Part shown: piece after piece, positions 58,259-64,000 of the stretch | Layout: each line of letters starts with the position of its first letter | Numbering within the stretch: position 1 is the stretch's first letter | Source: a candidate division FCPU426 bacterium | GTDB lineage: Bacteria; Oederibacteriota; Muellerivitia; Muellerivitales; Muellerivitaceae | DNA length: 64,000 bases | Assembly (NCBI GenBank): GCA_963830915.1 | Contig: CAWHOE010000046.1 | Location: 1-64,000, forward strand | Direction of reading: 5' to 3' | Made by a program: the position numbers and the translations under genes | The notes under the pieces: generated by a model | What the model was told of the DNA's origin: nothing | The model's input: the letters and a program-made list of their open reading frames with translations, nothing else | The model's database searches: none

Positions 58259-59119
58259 CTATTGACCCTTTGGTTTGGGAAAAGGAAATTCGGCTTGGAG
58301 GTTATCTGAAGAATCGGCCTGGCTGAAAATGATCGTCGCTTTATCGCTGGTACATTTTATATCCGTGATGACCGACCCAGCTTTGTAATGATAAGGCGAA
58401 AGGTCCACTGGTTCGGCGGCGACCTTGCATCCACTCTCATCCAGAACTAGAAAAACCAGGTAATCTTTCAAAATGACTTTGCCTTGCGGGTCTTGGGTGC
58501 CGTCACCAGCGGAGGCCAGGAACGCGGCCGTTCCCGAATCAACAGACCAGCCGACCGGATCATGGAGCGCCACGTTCACACTCATGTCCGGGAGTGATTT
58601 TTGAAAAAGGTTAATCTTCCCATTTTTCGCGTAAAGCCATATCATCCCGGCCGGCCCATCCCCTAACTGGATCAAACCTATGGAATCGGATTGGTCCTTT
58701 CCGTCAAATACAACCAAGAGGTTTTGATTCCCCGGTGAAAGAGAAAATTGCTTCAAGGGCTGGAACTGTTTGGAATCGGTCGGGTTGGCAAGATCCAACT
58801 GGACGAACGAGTATCGAGGTCCTCCATCCACAACCCGGGGAGTCGTACGGCAGACCAGGTTCAAATGACCGCCCAAAAGGGCGTAATCATTGATGGCATA
58901 AACGTTCAAAGGATAAACGATCCCTGTATTGCTGAATTTATTCAGGATGGTCACACCGATGGTAGGGCCCGCTTGGGGAACTAGCGAATCGTCAAGACCG
59001 GGGAGCGTCTCGGAGAGGCTCACTTTGTAATCGATGTTCTCAACCGCGACAGGAGAAGCCTTAAGCGTCGAGTAAGCGGTTAGAAGAAAAACAAAAGAAA
59101 ACATAAACACGCGGAACAT
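58259..59119 (-). CDS. Secreted hypothetical protein
   Basis: GGGAG RBS; signal peptide MFRVFMFSFVFLLTAYSTLKA; beta-rich; family not recognised. Confidence 0.65.
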   Translation of the reverse strand: MFRVFMFSFVFLLTAYSTLKASPVAVENIDYKVSLSETLPGLDDSLVPQAGPTIGVTILNKFSNTGIVYPLNVYAINDYALLGGHLNLVCRTTPRVVDGGPRYSFVQLDLANPTDSKQFQPLKQFSLSPGNQNLLVVFDGKDQSDSIGLIQLGDGPAGMIWLYAKNGKINLFQKSLPDMSVNVALHDPVGWSVDSGTAAFLASAGDGTQDPQGKVILKDYLVFLVLDESGCKVAAEPVDLSPYHYKAGSVITDIKCTSDKATIIFSQADSSDNLQAEFPFPKPKGQ

Positions 59120-59232
59120 GGAAAACTCCCAATTCTCATTTCTTAACTGTATGACCATGATAGAGTTCTTTTAAGTCTTTTTAAACACTCCAAGGGCGGT
59201 GAAATTGACGGGGGTCCAAAGAAGAACGATCT

Positions 59233-59799
59233 CTAATTACGTTTAAAAGTAAGCGTTAATTTGGAGTTGGGAGGGTGGACAGGTTTGACCCTTTGGAATT
59301 GAGCTTCTTCTGCTTGCCGTTTTTTTTCAAGGGCTTGGATCCTCAAGAAATCCTCTTTATTCACCGCCGCGAAATGGATCTCCGCCCGGAACAAGGGCCT
59401 TTTCAACTCAAAAAAAGTCTCGGTCTTGACCACCCTGGCCAACACCCGCATCTGGGTCTTATAGCGGGACATATACAGGTATAGCTGGAGTATCTCCTTG
59501 GTCGTAAAGACGGTATCCCCGGTCAGGAAAAGCTCGCCATACGACACATTTTTATCGATGACATAGTAGAGATCCTGGTCCGGAAGAGGAGCTTTTTGGA
59601 ATATTTTCTTGCGGGCGGTTTTCTTGACCTTGATTCGGTGGTATTTCACCTCGACAATGGATTGGATCGCCCCCTGGAAATGCTTTTCCAGCCATCCTGT
59701 TTTCTGCCTCACGTAAGCTTTCCCCTTTTTATTGGATCCTGATCTTGTCAGATCGTTTCTAACAGTGTGCTGAAAATATCCACCCTGTCTAGCAGCCAT
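59233..59799 (-). CDS. Degenerate PilZ-like protein (start uncertain)
   Basis: NVSYGELFL...LQLYL...VLARVV...AEIHF follows the PilZ strand pattern; no clear RxxxR motif. Confidence 0.45.
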   Translation of the reverse strand: MAARQGGYFQHTVRNDLTRSGSNKKGKAYVRQKTGWLEKHFQGAIQSIVEVKYHRIKVKKTARKKIFQKAPLPDQDLYYVIDKNVSYGELFLTGDTVFTTKEILQLYLYMSRYKTQMRVLARVVKTETFFELKRPLFRAEIHFAAVNKEDFLRIQALEKKRQAEEAQFQRVKPVHPPNSKLTLTFKRN

Positions 59800-60176
59800 G
59801 GGTCTGGAGTGAATCTCCTTACCCTTATTTCGTCACCGGAAAAAATAATTTAAGTCATAAGAGAACACCTTGCTACCCAAGTGTTATTTGCGACCAAAAA
59901 AAGAAAAGTCTGTTCTTCAGACTTTTCAACAACCTGCTAAAGATACCACGCTTCCACTAGGCGTCCAGTTCGCTATACATCAAGCCGAAAGGCCGCAAGC
60001 TTCTTTATCATTAAACCATTCAGTTTTTTAAGGAAACACTTTCCCCTTTTTTCCCAGGTCCGGCGGGCTTAAACCTTAAAAGAACGGTACAATAATTCAG
60101 ATACCATCAGGTAGGCCGCCATTACGCTTTGGGGAGATGAACCACGGGAACCCGAAAACATCCCTTAACTATCCAA

Positions 60177-63100
60177 TTGCTTTTCCAATTCCTTTACTTT
60201 CTTGTTTGTTTCAGTCCCAACCTCTGGGCCCAGAACGCTGTCACGGTCACCACGAATGCTGGTAACCAAAGCTTTGGGTCCTTTGGTTATGCCGTCACGG
60301 ACTTGAATGCCTTAGGGGATGGGACTCTCACTTTTAGTTCTCCAGCTAACATCGTCCTGGCCCTTCCCATTCCCTCCTTTTCTAACAATGTCACCTTCAC
60401 AGGCGGTGGTCTTTCCTATGACACGCTCAATGGACAAGACATTGCTCCGGCCCAGTTGTTTTTCCAAAAAAGTTTCACACAATCCGATTACTTGAGCCTT
60501 TTGGGCGGAGGAACTGCCGCCGGTCTTGATGCTTCAGTTACCGCCTCCGCCTGGACTATCAATCCTGGAGCGTCGGTCTACATGGCCGCCGGTACCGGAG
60601 CGGCCACCAGTGGCACTAACGGCGTGGGGTTAACCGGGTTTTCTGGCGGCGACGCTTCTGTGACCATTGGAACCCTAGTGCTGAATTCCATCGCGGGCGC
60701 GGTCCTTAATGGAGGCACAGGCGGATCCCTATCGGATGTGAATGGGACTGGGGACGAGGCCGGATCTGGAGGCGGCGCCTTGATGGCCGGGAATGCCCTC
60801 ACTCTGACAGGCGCTAACATCTCCCTGAATGGAGGCCTTGGCGGCGACGGGACCGATACTGGAACTGGCACACCCACGGGTGGAGATGGAGGAACGGCCA
60901 GTGTCTCCTTCATGACCCTTTCCGCCAGTTCCCACTCAAACCTAACCCTTACTGGAGGTAATGGCGGCTATGCGGACACTGCTGGAGATGGTGGCTCCGC
61001 CTCGGCTCAGCTTAGCGTTGTATCCATCAGCCAATCCCAGCTCAACCTTCAGGGCCATGACGGACGAGGCGGCATCAACGGTGGAGGAGCCGGAGGTTCC
61101 GCTTCCGTCTCCCTCGGAACACTGTCTGAAATCCTGGGTTCCACATTTCAGATCATGGGTGGTAATGGGAACGCGGGGCCCTCGAGCGCTGGCGACGGAG
61201 GCTCCGCTTTCATCGTTGGCGGATCAGCGTCCGTAACCGCGTCCCAATTCAACATCACTGGCGGTAGCGGTGGAAGTCCGGACCCCATTACCGGAAGTCC
61301 TGGCATCGCGGGAAATGGAGGAGTTGGCGGTAATGCCGGCGTTTCCTTGAATACCCTAACGGCTGATAGCGAATCATCCCTCAAGTTGATCGGGGGAAAC
61401 GGGGGCATCGGCGGTTCCCAGACCACCGCTGGCCAAGGGGGCGATGGCGGAAGTGTTACCTTGATCCTGAGTTCGTTATCCGAGGGAACCTCGGTCCAAT
61501 ATTATGTCCAAGCCGGAACTGGAGGCGGGGGCGGAAGCGGGACAAGTGGTGGGAATGGTGGAAATGGCGGCGACGCTTTCGTTACCGTCTCAAACTTGAC
61601 CCTTGGGGCGGGATCCCTGTTCAGTGCCACTTCAGGAGCGGGAGGCGCGGGAGGAAGCACTGGCGTCAATGGAACCGGGGGTATTTGTACCGCCGATATC
61701 GGCTCCGTGACCATGACCGCGGGTTCCACTTTCATCGCCGCCGGCACGAACGCTAACGCCGCTGTCAGCGCGTTGAACGGTAACGGATTCGTCAGCGTAG
61801 GAGGCCTTCAAGTCTTGGCAGGTACTTATAATGGCGTCATCAACGGCAATTCCATGTTGGTTCCCACGGCCGGTAATTTCACCTTCACTGGCACAGCAAA
61901 CCTCACAAACGGATTGAGTATCGTCGGCGGGAATTTCGGGCTAGGAATAGGACCTTCCGCCAACGCGGTCATCAATGGCAATGTCAATATCACGAACGGC
62001 GCCGGGACCGGCGTTCTCTGGGGCTATGGTAAGATCAACGGTACTGTCACCAACTCGGCTTTCGTTGATCCTTATGGTCCATCCTCTATCCAGACTGCCT
62101 CTCTTATCATCACTCAATATACTCAGACCTCTTCCGGCGTCTTGGGATTATTCGTTAATCCGGGTGACAATCAAACGAGTGATCTGATCGTTTCAGGCGC
62201 TAATCTCTCAGGCACACTTTCAACATCCTGGAACCTGGGAAGTAATTTCGGATTCAGGGACCGTTATCAGATCATATCCGGGGGACCTATCACGGGCACC
62301 TTCAATACTGTAAACATCGTTACAGGCATGTACCCGGTGGTTCTTTACGGACCTAACACGGTCACCCTGGTCATGATCAAAGACCATGCGGCTTTTTCAA
62401 CTTATGCTGAGACCGATAACGAAACGGCCGTAGGCGGAACCTTGGACGCTTCCCTTCCTTTCTGCAGTAACTCTCTGGCGGTCAAGCTCGGCGAACTATC
62501 CTCCCTTGGTTCCGGACAATCGAACGTCCTCAACCAATTGGGGGGCGTGATCTATACCGCCCTTCCCGGCGCCTTAATGGACCAGGTCCAGTATGGGGAC
62601 GAGTTGATCTTTGACCATCTGGGTTCCTCCTCGTTTTCCGGTCCCAATCTGGCAAAACTGGTCCTTCCTCCCCAGACGGACGATTCGATCTCTTTCGCCG
62701 CGAAACAAGGAAAAAGAACATCGGCTAAGTCCGCCGGATCCTCAGAAGACGGCTTTTGGCTGGAGAGTGAGGACAGCTTCGGATCCTCCGGTCCCACATC
62801 CCAAGTAACCGCTTTTAACCTCTCAAACTATGGTTTCCTAGGAGGATATGACTTCAGCTTGAACAAACAATTCAAGCTTGGCCTCTTGGGTGGATACCTT
62901 CGTTCAGGGGTGAACCCAACCGATAATTCCGCCACCGCTGATATCATCGGAGCTCAATTTGGCCTTACGGCTAAAGGAACCTTTGATATTTTCAGCGTAG
63001 GTCTATTGGGGGGGTATGTAGCGGACCATTACAACATAACCCGTTCGGTCATCATCGGTTCGGACGCCAATTCCCTGAACGGGACCTATAACGGTGGTCA

Positions 63101-63578
63101 GATCCAGGCCGCGCTCCAAATGGAGGTCGATCTTTCCGACCCCGGGTCAACCTTCCGGCCCTTTTGGGGTTTTCTGTATGATCATCTGACCGAAAACGCC
63201 TTCACTGAGACCGGTTCGGATAGCATGGCATTATCCCTTCCGGCCCAATCATTCGATTCCGCCCGCCTCTTCGCCGGTTTGGAAGAAGACTTGATCTTTC
63301 CGTTGGGAAAACATTCCCAACTGACTCCCATCCTGCGGGCTTCAGTGAGTAAGGACCTGGCCTCGCTTAATCCCGGTTTCCAAACATCTTTCAACGGAGC
63401 GCCTGGCAATCCCTTCCAGATCGGAGGCATCAGTCCTGATGGCACTGATTATGATCTCGGAGGTGGATTGAACCTTAAATTGGGTACTTCATTCGATGTT
63501 TTCGCGAATTTCGATGGTCACTTCAGTTCTACCCATTCCCTCAATTTGATCAGTGGAGGGATGACTGTAGGGCTGTAG
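60177..63578 (+). CDS. Autotransporter (type Va) with Gly-rich repeat passenger
   Basis: Signal peptide ending NLWA; repeated GGxGGxASV units; YTQTSSGVL region; NETAVGGTLD linker; barrel (YGFLGGYDF...LGLLGGY...FTETG...ISGGMTVGL). The true start may be about 40 nt upstream. Confidence 0.85.
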   Translation: MLFQFLYFLVCFSPNLWAQNAVTVTTNAGNQSFGSFGYAVTDLNALGDGTLTFSSPANIVLALPIPSFSNNVTFTGGGLSYDTLNGQDIAPAQLFFQKSFTQSDYLSLLGGGTAAGLDASVTASAWTINPGASVYMAAGTGAATSGTNGVGLTGFSGGDASVTIGTLVLNSIAGAVLNGGTGGSLSDVNGTGDEAGSGGGALMAGNALTLTGANISLNGGLGGDGTDTGTGTPTGGDGGTASVSFMTLSASSHSNLTLTGGNGGYADTAGDGGSASAQLSVVSISQSQLNLQGHDGRGGINGGGAGGSASVSLGTLSEILGSTFQIMGGNGNAGPSSAGDGGSAFIVGGSASVTASQFNITGGSGGSPDPITGSPGIAGNGGVGGNAGVSLNTLTADSESSLKLIGGNGGIGGSQTTAGQGGDGGSVTLILSSLSEGTSVQYYVQAGTGGGGGSGTSGGNGGNGGDAFVTVSNLTLGAGSLFSATSGAGGAGGSTGVNGTGGICTADIGSVTMTAGSTFIAAGTNANAAVSALNGNGFVSVGGLQVLAGTYNGVINGNSMLVPTAGNFTFTGTANLTNGLSIVGGNFGLGIGPSANAVINGNVNITNGAGTGVLWGYGKINGTVTNSAFVDPYGPSSIQTASLIITQYTQTSSGVLGLFVNPGDNQTSDLIVSGANLSGTLSTSWNLGSNFGFRDRYQIISGGPITGTFNTVNIVTGMYPVVLYGPNTVTLVMIKDHAAFSTYAETDNETAVGGTLDASLPFCSNSLAVKLGELSSLGSGQSNVLNQLGGVIYTALPGALMDQVQYGDELIFDHLGSSSFSGPNLAKLVLPPQTDDSISFAAKQGKRTSAKSAGSSEDGFWLESEDSFGSSGPTSQVTAFNLSNYGFLGGYDFSLNKQFKLGLLGGYLRSGVNPTDNSATADIIGAQFGLTAKGTFDIFSVGLLGGYVADHYNITRSVIIGSDANSLNGTYNGGQIQAALQMEVDLSDPGSTFRPFWGFLYDHLTENAFTETGSDSMALSLPAQSFDSARLFAGLEEDLIFPLGKHSQLTPILRASVSKDLASLNPGFQTSFNGAPGNPFQIGGISPDGTDYDLGGGLNLKLGTSFDVFANFDGHFSSTHSLNLISGGMTVGL

Positions 63579-63687
63579 TTTTTAGGCGGGATTTGGTAAG
63601 TTGAGATATTCTTCCCGGCATGGAAGCACTATTGAACAACTGGTTTGCTGACGAATTTTTTCACATTTAATTTTGAAAAATAAAAAA

Positions 63688-63761
63688 TGGCTGGGAGACT
63701 AGGATTCGAACCTAGATAAGCAGATCCAGAATCTGCTGTCCTACCATTAGACGATCTCCCA
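63688..63761 (-). tRNA. tRNA-Gln (anticodon CTG)
   Basis: TGGGAGATCGTCTAATGGTAGGACAGCAGATT-CTG-GATCTGCTTATCTAGGTTCGAATCCTAGTCTCCCAGCCA. Confidence 0.96.
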
Positions 63762-63845
63762 AAAAAGACGGCAAAAAGTATTCAGGCAGGGCACGAATTC
63801 TAACACAGGACGGCTTTTTTGGGGATTTTTTAGGATCGATCCACT

Positions 63846-64000
63846 TTAGCTAGGACGGATCACCGAAAGCATGGTTTGGTCGTGATGTTCCCCATCCCTG
63901 AGCACATAACTCTTCCGGAGCCCTTCGATCTGGAATCCTGATTTCAAGAGGGAGTTCAAGGAACGGACGTTATACGCCGCCGAAACCGCCCCAATCCGTT
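63846..64000 (-). CDS. C-terminal fragment of a RimJ/RimL-type GNAT acetyltransferase (partial; indel near 63885)
   Basis: Hand translation RIGAVSAAYNVRSLNSLLKSGFQIEGLRKSYVLRDG, then with one G added EHHDQTMLSVIRPS-stop. Confidence 0.6.
   Translation of the reverse strand, partial: RIGAVSAAYNVRSLNSLLKSGFQIEGLRKSYVLRDGEHHDQTMLSVIRPS

Noticed and set aside
59960..60010. GCCGAAAGGC/GCAA segment as a c-di-GMP riboswitch near the PilZ-like gene
   Set aside because: Only a short GNRA hairpin; the two-stem consensus is not present.
58259..63687. Genomic island anchored at tRNA-Gln
   Set aside because: No integrase and no direct repeat of the tRNA 3' end seen.

Overview
GC-rich bacterial window, mostly minus-strand genes, dominated by polysaccharide degradation. 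Nine secreted modular proteins (GH62, two GH30, GH74, a PA14+CBM9-like lectin, GH5, GH79, a beta-helix protein and GH16) end in a T9SS-type-A/FlgD-Ig-like C-terminal domain (CTD); eight of them also carry long Thr/Pro/Ser linkers. The main observation is a four-gene module (ECF sigma, a membrane anti-sigma whose own C-terminus is CTD-like, a catalytic-free PA14/CBM9-CTD protein, and a PorV-like barrel fused to TPR) plus an exactly spaced promoter motif, GGGAATAAA-N15-CAC(T/A)NAT. The motif lies upstream of the sigma gene, of three xylan-active enzymes and of an unannotated 44-aa ORF; I infer a cell-surface glycan-sensing ECF regulon tied to a T9SS-like pathway. Shine-Dalgarno sites and a TTGTAA-17-TAGAAT promoter argue against a typical Bacteroidia host; an FCPU426/Goldbacteria-like lineage is a guess. 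Also present: tRNA-Glu(CTC), tRNA-Gln(CTG), an M16 protease pair, an amino-sugar (chitin/GlcNAc) cluster without nagA, three paralogous PocR-like/AraC regulators, dispersed (CAC-N)x3 inverted-repeat elements and a Gly-rich autotransporter. Nine genes are split by single-base indels, mostly in homopolymers; these are most likely assembly errors, so the genes are reported as full-span CDSs. Family assignments are from motif recognition by eye; no searches were run.
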